A DNA stretch of 63,436 bases, counting the filler, from Octopus bimaculoides (taxonomy: Eukaryota): the NCBI RefSeq assembly GCF_001194135.2. It is 9 parts of 9 records of this genome, joined end to end, with 100 filler letters (N's around TTAATTAATTAA, not from the genome) between each part and the next. Parts side by side here need not be neighbours in the genome. Positions count along the whole stretch, not along the records: positions 47,815 to 56,027 come from NC_068991.1; positions 56,128 to 57,950 come from NW_026336869.1; positions 58,051 to 60,426 come from NC_068984.1; positions 60,527 to 61,995 come from NW_026351041.1; positions 62,096 to 63,436 come from NW_026297337.1; 4 more parts are not named here. The stretch is one strand, 5' to 3'. Each line of letters begins with the position of its first letter. The stretch's first letter is position 1. Shown in pieces: positions 51,881 to 63,436 of the stretch. The notes under the pieces were generated by a model. It was not told where the DNA came from. It did not search any database and was given only the letters and a program-made list of their open reading frames with translations. Position numbers and translations under genes: made by a program.

Positions 51881-53797
51881 AATATGTATTGTTTGAATTT
51901 CTTTTGAATTAGGAAATATATGTATGTTCACAGGGTTTGTAAACGAGAGCAAAGCTACAGGAAAGCAAAAGACGAATGATCACGATAATCAGTCAGCTAC
52001 CCTAGCGTAGTCATTATTACTCCCCAATGTAAGATTCCTCACCATACAGGTGACAGACACAGCTGTAAGATGCATTACGAATCTATAGCAATTGGAAGGG
52101 CATGACCCAATTGAAATAACAACGTGTGACATTTGGAGTAAAGGGAAATGAAAGTGTTACCTCTGGAGTTTGCAAATGACCACTATACCGATAGGTAACT
52201 GTGCAGAAAAAAATTTACAATCAATAAATGTTTTAGAACAACCAGTCACTCATCTGGGAAGGCCTTGAAATCAATGTTACCAACTGGGGACTATGTGTGA
52301 CCCAGTGATAATAAAAAGACTCAAAGGAGGTGTGCAGCAAAATAATTTTACTCAACAATTTGCAAGTGAATCACTGGAGGCAAAGATGCGTCTCATTTTC
52401 TTGACAATTTATGCACCACATTGCAGAAATCAGAATGTAAGTATATCAAAAAGGATAGTCTTACACTGTTGTACCGTTGAATTACAAATAATGCTCATCT
52501 GTTATGTTCAGGTGACCCTATAGCTTCCAATGGTAGAACTGTATTCGTCTTTGCTTAGAAAAAATGACTAAATTGTAGGTGTCAAGTCCCCATGAAGGGG
52601 TCTTTGTAACTTCTAAAAAGAAATTTAAGAAATATTACTTTATTTGTGTGTAATATGAATGGTTAAAATTTCATCAACATCAAAAAGATATGAATTTCCT
52701 TGGGGATTATGGCTGTTATGCATAGAATATAATTTCCAAATTTCATAAAGATCCATTCAGTACTTTTGACGTAGTTTTGGATAAAAAAACAAATGACTAA
52801 TGTGTGTGTGTGTGTGCATGTGTATGTGTGTGTGTATGGGTGTATATATGTATAGATATATGTATACATGCATATATGTGTACATATTACATGTACATCT
52901 ATATATATACATTTACACAAATGTATACATATACATGTATGCATTTAGATCTATATCTATATAATAATATTAGGGACAAAATCCAAAATTACAGGTAAAA
53001 ACTCAATTAAAATCAATTTATAAAAAATTAAAATTAAATTGAGCTTTACAGATTAAAATATATATAAATATATAGTTTTAGGGAAAAGAACCAAGTTTCA
53101 TGAACTCATTGATGAAAATCCACTACCACATATAGAAAAATTAATAATTAAAAGCACAATAAATTAGTATAATATAATACAAAGTAAATATCATAAGATA
53201 AAGATAATATAATGACTACGTGTTTCATAACTAATTTTCAAATAGAAAGGAAATTTAAATCGATTAAAATCAATTAAAATTATNNNNNNNNNNNNNNNNN
53301 NNNNNNNNNNNNNNNNNNNNNNNNNNNNNNNNNNNNNNNNNNNNNNNNNNNNNNNNNNNNNNNNNNNNNNNNNNNNNNNNNNNNNNATCAACCAACAATA
53401 AGTACCAAATGAATTTATATAAAATACTTATTTTATAAAGATACAGAAAAATTATTAAAAATATCAAAATATCAAAATAATAAACATTCCATAATCATCC
53501 CTTCATCCATTATAATATATGCTAACATGTATATTATATACAAAAACCAGCTTACATAAATTATTATCGTTTTAAATACAATTTGAACGAAGTTTAAGGT
53601 TAAAATAATAATAAAGATAAAATTAGTACATATTTAACCGGTGTAATAGTTAAAGCTATACTATTTAAAACTAAAAACGTTTATTTAATTATCATTAAAA
53701 ATCAATTGAATAATAGAAAAATACAAGAATACTTATTTCTACAAACGTAGAAATAAAAATAAAAATAAAAATATGAATGAAAAAAATGATGGACATG

Positions 53798-53895
53798 GTG
53801 CTATTTCAGGATGGAAAGCCAGTGGCATTCTATAGCTGAACATTTCAAAAAGTCGAGAGAAACCAATCAGCCATAAAAAAGAAGCTGCACTATAT
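53798..53895 (+). pseudogene. Ty3/Gypsy RNase H remnant
   Basis: VLFQDGKPVAFYS*TFQKVERNQSAI(fs)KEAA matches the Gypsy RNase H consensus 'VL.Q.G.PVAF.SR.L...ERNYS.IEKEA'. Confidence 0.7.
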
Positions 53896-55169
53896 TGGAA
53901 TGCTGCTGATGCTGGCAACATTTTATAACTGCCATACCCTCAACTACCATTCTAACTGACCAGAAATAGGTGGCTTTTTTTGTTCAATCAGAAGTCTTTC
54001 AACCAATGACCACGTTTACTTTTCATAGAGCCTCTAAATTCAAATCTAATCTGTCATTGTTCTTAACCAACCCTAGTTAACATTTTTACATCAAAATCAT
54101 CTAACTTGAAGAGGCAATTCACCTACAGAGAAGGTTAAATTATTGGAAACTTTCTCACCCAATTTCTCACAGATACAGTTTAACAATAGCCACATCACTA
54201 GTTTCAACTCGTGATCTGACTTACCTAGATTCACCATCAGAAAAGGTACTCAGTTGTTCTCAGACACTCCTGTTTGACCAAAAAGTTCTGACTGGATGCA
54301 ATACTGTCAAGGTATACAACAAGAAACACTTATGTCATCACCAGCAGAACCAACATCTGACCAAAGTGAGAAAATTCTATATTTGCCATTACAATCTGGG
54401 TCTACAACCAAGAAAGTGAAACCAGATAACACACACAAACTTAGAATTCTCACAAACAATCCTGTAACAATCAGCTCAGATTAAGTAGTGAGAAGGCCTT
54501 TGCTTGGTGATTACATACTAAAACTTCTAATGCAGCAGAGAAGACTGTTGTGACTGTGTTTCTAATCCATCATTCACTGCAGTCCTGTACTTCATTCATT
54601 TCTGTATCACTTCCTTCCACATTATGTAAGTTTCTTAACTCAAGCCTGCATGTTCTTAAAATTGAATAAAATAATAGTTGCTACATAATAATCCAAATAT
54701 TCAACCAACATGTGTTATGAGAAAAATTTGACTCACCCATAGCTGCAGCAATAGCAGGCAGTGGTAAATCATAGTGGAAAAAAATAAAAGATAATAGTAA
54801 GAAATCTATATAACTTCTGTGGCTGGGCATCAACAGTACAGGGTATTCTTTCAGCTGGTTTCGTACCTAACAATAAAATGAAATCTACTTGAGTTTGTCA
54901 AAAGTTGAAACAACTGAAAATTAAATAAGGCTATTCATAATTAAAAGCAATGAGAAAGTTAAAATTTGATCATAAAGCTTTTTAACCCCCTTTAAAAATC
55001 CAAAGATTTAAAATTATTCAGTCAACATTAAGATTATTTATGCACTTAGGAATCATGAGTAATTCTAAACAGATCTTCTGGTAAGAAATTTATGCTTTAT
55101 AAAGGAAATATTGATATTAGTAAATATTTCCAGTTGCAGCCAATGAATTTAATGTAAAAGTGTATGGAA

Positions 55170-55385
55170 TGTTTTTTTAAAACTTTTACTTGCTAGATTA
55201 TTTACATTATTTACATTTGACGGATATTTGTCCTCATCTTGTTTGTTGTTAACACAACGTTTCGGCTGATATACCCTCCAGCCTTCATCAGGTGTCTTGG
55301 GGAAATTTCGAACCTGCGTCTCATTCCTAAGGTATTTTTCACTGTTGTTGTTGTTATTATTATTATTATTATTCAGGTTACTGCC
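55170..55385 (-). mobile_element. Short hammerhead-bearing interspersed repeat with (AAT)n spacer
   Basis: Non-coding, about 200 bp, surrounding the hammerhead at 55251-55296. It abuts an RTE fragment. Confidence 0.55.
55251..55296 (-). ncRNA. Minimal type-I hammerhead ribozyme
   Basis: The minus strand reads GACAC-CTGATGA-A-GGCTGG-AGGGTATA-TCAGCC-GAA-ACGT-T-GTGTT. Stem I has 5 bp, stem II has 6 bp, stem III is the palindrome ACGU, and the site is GUU. Confidence 0.8.
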
Positions 55386-55389
55386 TCTC

Positions 55390-56027
55390 AACCCAGAGTA
55401 ACGTGGTGGTGGAACAAGGAGGTAGACAGGGCTATTAGACAAAAGATACAGGCTTGGAACGACTGGAAAACGGTGGTAGCAGGGAATTGTACCAATCTGC
55501 CAGAAGGGAAGCTAGGCGACAGGTTTACTTAGCCAGAGGGGAAGCAGATAAGAAAAGATTTGCCAATGTTCTGCGCTGTGAGGACACAAAATACTTGAGG
55601 TATTTCGTGTTGCAAGACAGTGTAGGAGAGAAAATAGTGATGTCGTAGGAGAGAAATGTGTTCGCATGGATGATGGTACGCTTGCACTAAATGAGGCTGC
55701 AAAGAATGAGATCTGGAGATGCCACTACGATAGACTGCTCAATAAAGAGAATGAATGGGAGAAAGAGAGTCTGCCGAATGTCGACCCAACAGAGGGACCA
55801 GCTATCCGAGCTGACAGTACCACGGTAGATAAAGCAATTAAGAGTATGAAGACAGGGAAAGCCCCCGGCCCATCAGGAATCACTGCAGAGATGCTCAAAA
55901 TATCTGGCAGTGTCGGCTATAGCCTAGTCACCCATATTACGAACCAGGTGATACACGAAGGAGTCATACCCAATGACTGATGTAGCAGCACCATAGTCAA
56001 CTGCTACAAAGGTAAAGGTGATGCTTT
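55390..56027 (+). mobile_element. RTE-type LINE fragment (region between endonuclease and RT, into RT start)
   Basis: PRVTWWWNKEVDRAIRQK...MDDGTLAL...WRCHYDRLLN...VDKAIKSMKTGKAPGPSGITAEMLK...IPND*CSSTIVNCYKGKGDA. Confidence 0.9.
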
Positions 56028-56127
56028 NNNNNNNNNNNNNNNNNNNNNNNNNNNNNNNNNNNNNNNNNNNNTTAATTAATTAANNNNNNNNNNNNNNNNN
56101 NNNNNNNNNNNNNNNNNNNNNNNNNNN

Positions 56128-56161
<34 letters not shown>

Positions 56162-56506
56162 TGTGTGTGTGTGTGTGTGTGTGTGAGTGTGTGTGTGTGT
56201 GTGAGTGTGTGTGTATGTATTCGCCTTAAAAATGACGGTTTTGTGCAAACGTACCGATTTTAAAGACAAATCTTTAAAACATTTGTGTTTGCTTGTGTGT
56301 GTGTGTGTGTATGTGTGTGTGTGTGAGTAAGTGTGTGAGCGTGTGATGTGTGTACATGTGTGTGTATGTGTGGGTCTCTGTCTGTGTGTGTTTAAAAATG
56401 AAAGATTTGTGTAAACATGCCGGGGTTTTGTTTCATTATTGAAAATGTGCAAGTTACTTTGAAATATTTGATGTATGTTTGTGTGTGTGATTTTTTGAAG
56501 TTTTTG

Positions 56507-56550
<44 letters not shown>

Positions 56551-56559
56551 GTATGTGTG

Positions 56560-56594
<35 letters not shown>

Positions 56595-57337
56595 GCGCGC
56601 GCGCGCGTGTGCGAATGAGGGACTTGTGTGTTGCTTTATACATCTAACGACAGAAGCAAGTAAAAGACACACACATGTATGCACGTATGTATGTACATGT
56701 ATGTACGTATATATATGTGTGTGTATGTACATACATTTACATATGTATATATTCATATATACATACATATATATACACACACAAACATGCATATATATAT
56801 ACATATATATAAACATATATATATATATGTATTCAAAGATACATACATCTCTCTCTCTCTCTCTTTGTGTATATATATATATATATATNNNNNNNNNNNN
56901 NNNNNNNNNNNNNNNNNNNNNNNNNNNNNNNNNNNNNNNNNNNNNNNNNNNNNNNNNNNNNNNNNNNNNNNNNNNNNNNNNNNNNNNNNNNNNNNNNNNN
57001 NNNNNNNNNNNNNNNNNNNNNNNNNNNNNNNNNNNNNNNNNNNNNNNNNNNNNNNNNNNNNNNNNNNNNNNNNNNNNNNNNNNNNNNNNNNNNNNNNNNN
57101 NNNNNNNNNNNNNNNNNNNNNNNNNNNNNNNNNNNNNNNNNNNNNNNNNNNNNNNNNNNNNNNNNNNNNNNNNNNNNNNNNNNNNNNNNNNNNNNNNNNN
57201 NNNNNNNNNNNNNNNNNNNNNNNNNNNNNNNNNNNNNNNNNNNNNNNNNNNNNNNNNNNNNNNNNNNNNNNNNNNNNNNNNNNNNNNNNNNNNNNNNNNN
57301 NNNNNNNNNNNNNNTATATATATATATATATATATAT

Positions 57338-57379
<42 letters not shown>

Positions 57380-58461
57380 ATATATATGTGCATATTACAT
57401 TATATATATGTTTGCACGTATGTATGGGTATGCGCGTTTTCGTATGTTTATCTTTTAAAATGTGTGTGTTACTTCTCGAAAAATGCTAATTCCATTACAC
57501 AAGGGTGTCACCAATTTGTCTTCACAGCCATTTACACAAGCGATGTATTCATTCACTAGCTGTGATGATCTGCTGATAAGCCCGACCTCGAGAAGTTTTG
57601 TAAAATTAGTACCACATGCATTTAAAACAATAACTACAACATATGCTATTGATTATAATCTATTTAATTGTTATTTCTTTATATTTATTTTCTCCTATCC
57701 GCTCTTGCTGCTACCTGAAACTTGCCAAGATTATTTCTCTTTGAAATGTTAGTTTTGTACTGATCTTGGCCATATGTACGTCTGATTTATTGCATATGAT
57801 ATTGTCAGTTCACTTGTAAATCTTCTACGTCTGTAAACATCATAATGACGATAGCATAGAAGTAAATACATCGTCAATTACCGAGTACAATTTTGTAGAT
57901 GTTTGACCCCAAAATGCTACTTCGGATAAGTTAAGCAAGGTATCTTGTACNNNNNNNNNNNNNNNNNNNNNNNNNNNNNNNNNNNNNNNNNNNNTTAATT
58001 AATTAANNNNNNNNNNNNNNNNNNNNNNNNNNNNNNNNNNNNNNNNNNNNTATATATATATATATATATATATCCATATATATATATATATATGCACTCA
58101 AACATATGCACAGGCACACACACATACACACACACATACACACATACACACAAACATATGCATACATCATTATCTTCAGAAGTTTATGTCTGCTTTCCAT
58201 GCTGGTATGGGTTGGACACATCATCACTGCCTGTGTCAGTTCTTACTTGGAGTCACTGATCTAGATAGAATGGGGCCAATTCTTGCTTGTATGATCCATT
58301 TTTTGCATAGTTTCTAAGGCTGGATGCTCTTTCTAACTCCAGTCACATTACAGAGCATATTTCAGTGTATTTTATTGTAGCACCAACATTAAAGAGGTTG
58401 TATTGTCCTCAGCAAGACTAAAAAGTCTTGCAGTTCTTGTTCATCCATTATTTACACAAAG

Positions 58462-58810
58462 TGAACTGAACCCTGATTTATCTTTACCTGCACATTAAAT
58501 TCCTCATTGAACTCATTGCTAATTCTTACTGGCTTCCTCTCTATACATGACCTACACAGCCCTTATAAGCTATTCATCTACTTGTTTCCTTAGTGATCAC
58601 CAGATTTCAGACTGTGGAACCTTATCAAAAGCTTTCTCCTGGTCAGTGGATGCTTGACAGTGGTTTGCTCTTAGCTATATTCTTCATTTGTAGTTGTTTC
58701 CCTAGGAAGGGGGCATTGGTAATATCTATTCTTGATGTAAAGCTGAATTGCTGCTCATCTAAACTAGTTCTCTTCCTTATCAATTGTGCTGTAATTCTTG
58801 CACTTTCATT
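58462..58810 (-). pseudogene. Older RTE-type reverse transcriptase remnant
   Basis: With frameshifts it reads LDEQQFSF...TNAPFLGKQLQMK...KPL...DQEKAFDKVP..EIW*SLRK...LIRAV*VMY...EEFNVQV..NQGSV. Confidence 0.85.
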
Positions 58811-60092
58811 TGATGGTCTGTAACAATAAGATATTTTCATGAAGTTAAGTGATGGATGAACAAGAAGTTTGTATGAAATTTCAAATACAAATATTTATCA
58901 TTAACAAAAATGTTGTCATTGCAACAAATAACAGAAAAGATATGTAAGCCAAGAATCAGCTCAGTAGTTTGCATGAGATATTGCACCCCAAGAACACCTG
59001 TAACCGTGTGTTATGTTGTAGATTTTAGCAGCTAGTTGGCTTAAACTGGGTCAGAACAACTGTTATTGTCATCATCATTGTGGAATTTTGCAGCCATTTT
59101 TGAGTGCTAGTAAATTCCTGCAAGCTTATCTTAGGGACACTGGTGAGTTACCAGAAAAACAAACTATATATAGCAAAAGTTTTTCAGAGAAAAAAGCACC
59201 AAAGAATAAATTGTTAATGACAATTCATATGTTGTTTGTCCATAAAAATACTTGTTTACAACACTGAGATTGAATGAGTTAAGCATCTACTGGGTCCATT
59301 GTATTCAACTAGCAACTGATAAAAATCAAATTCCTAATATGTTTACCAGACTTGAATGGGTTATTTGCTTGTTGATGCCATCAATTCCAAACAAAACTCC
59401 ATTTCTGTTATTTAGTTATTTTTACATGTGAGCACAGCGATTCAGTTTCAATTCCTAGGCAGAAAGTTGGTGTTTGGGAATCTGCCGAATATTCCTGCTA
59501 CAAGTCCATCAGTTTGATGCCTCAGTACTCTTTAGTGTATCTCTCTTGCCTTTGTAGGATGATACTACTTCGTCAGTCTCCGACTATGACACCTTAGTGA
59601 CTGATTATAACGAATGACTAGCACATGACCTAATTCACCAGATATTTTCAGCATTTCAGCCGCCTTCCCTATTTTTACTGTCCCTAATTGTTTTGGAATG
59701 TATAGCTGTTCACATCAGTGACTGGTCCCTGTGTTGGATTTAGTCATGGTAGTACACTACCCCACACTCTTACATTCTCCACATTCAACAATCTCTTATA
59801 GTAGCATTTCTATGCTTTTTTTCTTTTGAGGGGACGTTTATAAGAATAAGTGTACCATTACCATCCTGTAAGCACATCTCTCCAATGACATCTTGTTTCT
59901 GCTTTGCAACTCAAAGAACCCACAAACCTCTGTCATGCCACAGAATGTACAAAACGTCTTACTTTTTCTTTATCCCTAAGTTTACCTAACCATGTATATG
60001 TATATACACATAAATGGAGGTCAATATTTTGGAATGAGGTAAAAGGTTTATGTGCAGTAGAAGCAGATGTGCTTAATAAACAATAATATTTC

Positions 60093-60426
60093 GTGTTTCG
60101 TGTTGTAAGACAGTGTAGGAGAGAGAATAGTGATGTTGTAGGAGAGAAATGTGTTCGCATGGATGATGGTACGCTTGCATTAAATGAGGATGCAAAGAAA
60201 GAGGTCTGGAGATGCCACTACGATAGATTGCTTAATAAAGAGAATGAATGGGAGAAAGAGAGCCTGCCGTATGTCGACCCAATAGAGGGACCAGCTATCC
60301 GAGTTGATAGTACCAGGGTAGATAAAGCAATTAAGAGTATGAAGACCGGGAAAGCCCCCGGCCCATCAGGAATCTCTGCAGAGATGCTCAAAATATCTGG
60401 CAGTGTTGGCTATAGCCTAGTCACCC
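60093..60426 (+). mobile_element. Second copy of the RTE-type LINE fragment
   Basis: It closely matches 55600-55932 (GEKCVRMDDGTLAL...KAPGPSGISAEMLKISGSVGYSLVT). Confidence 0.9.
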
Positions 60427-62095
60427 NNNNNNNNNNNNNNNNNNNNNNNNNNNNNNNNNNNNNNNNNNNNTTAATTAATTAANNNNNNNNNNNNNNNNNN
60501 NNNNNNNNNNNNNNNNNNNNNNNNNNAGAGCGTGTGCGAGCACAGCGCCGACTAGCGGTCGTTTGTATGAAACTCGTTCGTATTGCGGATTTCTACTCGT
60601 ACTTCAAGACAAAAATTCACACGAACAGGTTCGCCGAAATGCTAATCACCGGGTCTTTATTAAAGAGAAATCTAAATTCAACCAGAAAATATCGGCAACC
60701 TTTCAAAAATATCGGTATTACGGGATATTAGAGAACCACATTACTATATTCTTCGTTGTCGTTCTTTCAATATTTTTTCTTGTTGAATACACTTGATTTC
60801 TTTTAAAACAAGACATACATCGAAGTGTCGAGTGTTATGTCTATCTCTGCCTTATAAATATAAATATATTTGAAATTGTATTATGAAATGATCTATACAA
60901 AGGACAGAGAAAAAAATCGATTGATATTAAAACAGAATAGTTTTATATAATGTAAAGAAATACAGATTATAGTTTAAAATTAAGAATAGTAAATCAATGA
61001 TATAAATTAATATTAATGAGCATGTTTGCGCATAACAATGAAAATGTTTTAAAATGCTCAACTACCACCAAGCTCATATGAGACATTGTATCGTCTCCGT
61101 TCTCATTATTTCGAGTAACAGTCAAATAGCACTTCTGATGTAACATTCTACGATTTATCCGTTTCCTTATTTTATTGACTTGTAACCAAAAGAACTCACT
61201 ACGTTGTGTATGAGCATGAAATAGAAAANNNNNNNNNNTTGTAACCAAAAGAACTCACTACGTTGTGTATGAGCATGAAATAGAAAATGATTGAGTGAGT
61301 GAACGAGTGAATGAGAGCAGGGTGAGCAAAATTCATATTGTGGTTCACAATATGATAACCGATGACATGTGATAATAGTGAACTAAAGAAACACTGGATG
61401 CCTCCCCGAAGACCACTATTAACTAATGCGGGATTGAGATGGATGGCGTACGCAGGTTAAAAATATTCAAACTTGAGCAGATAATGACGAAACATCGGAG
61501 AACTGCAGGGACTACGCAGAGGTTTTGGAAGTTCGTCTTCTGAATCTATTGCAATGTCGGAAACCTTTCCGTATCGTCAGCAGGTATCACAGAGTCACAA
61601 GTATTTTGCCCCTTATCCAGGACGCTTCGCTCGAGTGAGCGAGGACTGAATTAATATTTGCCTACGGTCGTTTATCAACCTCAACCACCTTGAACTAGTT
61701 ACAGCTGTCATTCCTATCTCGNNNNNNNNNNACCTTGAACTAGTTACAGCTGTCATTCCTATCTCGTTGCTGGCTTTCTTTAGTTGTGTGGGTTCCAGAC
61801 CAATCTTCTTCAGGAAATAGCACACCATTCCAACTGGAAAGCTGTTGTATCAGACCTCNNNNNNNNNNTAGGGTATGAGGATATGAGCCGACTCTTGAAA
61901 AATGTCTCGTTTAAGTACCTAAAGAACGGGAAGTTTTCGATAATTAAAGTATTTCGTAATTTGCTATTCTAATCTCTAATATCGCCGAAATTTTANNNNN
62001 NNNNNNNNNNNNNNNNNNNNNNNNNNNNNNNNNNNNNNNTTAATTAATTAANNNNNNNNNNNNNNNNNNNNNNNNNNNNNNNNNNNNNNNNNNNN

Positions 62096-62139
<44 letters not shown>

Positions 62140-62319
62140 TATCACTGTTTGATATCCTCTGGTGTTTCGGGACAATATCAATTCGCGATCTGCCGACCAA
62201 TATTGCTGTCGTCATCAACTTCGTTGAAAACCACAAAAACTGAGAAAATAAAAAAAAAAAGGAAAAGAAAAAGAAAAAAAAAATCAACTCGAAGTGCATA
62301 CCGCTGCTTACATCTGTCA

Positions 62320-62603
62320 TCGTTGTCATCGTCGCCGTCGTTATCATCATCATCATCATCATCATCATCACTGCCGCCGCCGCCGCCACCACCATCATCA
62401 TCATCACCATCATCATCAACATCATCATCACCACCACCATCATCATCACATTACCATCACCATCGCCATCATCATCATTATCATCATCACCATCACTATC
62501 ACCATCATCATCACCATCACCATCGCCGCCGCTATCATCATCATTATCGTCGTCGTCGTCGTCGTCGTCATCATCATCATCATCATCGTCGTCGTCGTCG
62601 TCG

Positions 62604-62649
<46 letters not shown>

Positions 62650-62650
62650 G
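62320..62650. repeat. (CAT/CAC/CGT)n compound trinucleotide tract
   Basis: Directly visible. Confidence 0.95.
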
Positions 62651-63436
62651 AATTATATATAGAGGATATCTTCAGACCAGAATCACAATAGATTGTGTAT
62701 ATATCTTCAGGTATAGAATACAACATTATTTAAAATAGATTTGTTAATATATGATAATTAAGCTAAGATTAATTAAAGAATACATTAGAATATATTAAAT
62801 ATAACAAGCCAAAAGGCTGGAAAGCAACAACAACAACAACGACGACGACCACACTAACAACAAAAGCAACAGAATGAACAAACCCCAGGATCTGTCGAGT
62901 TTCGAAACTTCATCGTTCATGTTAATGAACGTCAATGTATTTTGACCAATATCTATAACGACAAATATGCGAGATCTAATCAAATAATATCAGGATTGAT
63001 GTTAGAGAAAGAAAACCGCAAAACGTATGAAATTCGGTACTTAATCTCATTCGAAGTTGTCCCCATCGGAAGCAAAACACTTTATCCACTGATGGAAGCA
63101 TTCCTGGAGCTCTGGTTTTTTTTTTGAGGGGGGTGGGGGATAGCGACCAGTTCCCTTGTGGCATTCTCTAGGGTTTCGTTTCTTCGATTTCCTTGAAATT
63201 TTGTTGGGGGTCTTCTGCTGCAGAAACTGAGCCTTGATTTCGGGGTCATAATGAAAGACCCACGAATTCGTCTACAGTTTTCAAAAATGTTCGTCTTTCT
63301 CGACTCAGTCGAAGAGATCCTGCGCAGCTGAAACCCGATCTTCTTTCTTGAGACGACCATACTCTACACATACTTTCGTTTTTCTATCTTTCTCTCTCTT
63401 ATTCTTTTACCTCCTCTTCTCCCACTATTCTATCCT

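Noticed and set aside
54216-54228. Strong minus-strand donor consensus (AG|GTAAGT)
   Set aside because: All three frames have stops within about 50 bp upstream and there is no good acceptor. A UTR exon cannot be excluded.
57400-57650. Minus frame with IVLNACGT (CHAT/caspase-like motif)
   Set aside because: There is only one short motif, splice sites are weak, and the opposite strand is equally open. The evidence is insufficient.
59022-59142. Plus-strand AG...GTGAGT-bounded open segment
   Set aside because: The pyrimidine tract is weak, the peptide is unrecognisable, and there are no partner exons.
61545-61585. CTGACGA plus hairpin on the minus strand (also CTGAAGA at 42013 and GAAACGCATGCGTC at 28759)
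   Set aside because: GAAA, stem I or stem II is missing, so a hammerhead cannot be folded.
63082-63360. 92 aa minus-strand ORF
   Set aside because: It has no domain similarity and no splice support. The length is within chance expectation.

Overview
This is a repeat-rich, heavily gapped eukaryotic genomic window. Its SINE families, microsatellite texture and N44-TTAATTAATTAA-N44 scaffold placeholders suggest an octopod cephalopod draft assembly (inference). Nearly all long ORFs in the supplied track are artefacts of microsatellites or N gaps. Only one host coding exon is well supported: a minus-strand, divergent STAND/NB-ARC-like NTPase exon (35654 down to the gap at 35115). The rest is transposon-derived: three tRNA-SINE families, Tc1/mariner remnants, RTE-type LINE fragments, two convergent R4/Dong-type RLE retrotransposons ending in (TAA)n, a Gypsy RNase H remnant, a Helitron/Helentron-like composite and a possible MULE remnant. 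Five things stand out. (1) At least four minimal type-I hammerhead ribozyme motifs (two near-canonical, two variant) plus several truncated ones. They are associated with a set of mutually unrelated 70-360 bp fold-back elements, an architecture typical of Penelope-like/retrozyme derivatives. (2) An ORF1-only, 'half-L1'-like retroelement inserted with a ~13 bp target-site duplication into the tRNA head of a SINE. (3) A pre-miRNA-like hairpin. (4) A MITE-like element with a telomere-like core. (5) A CpG-depleted/CpG-rich contig mosaic.
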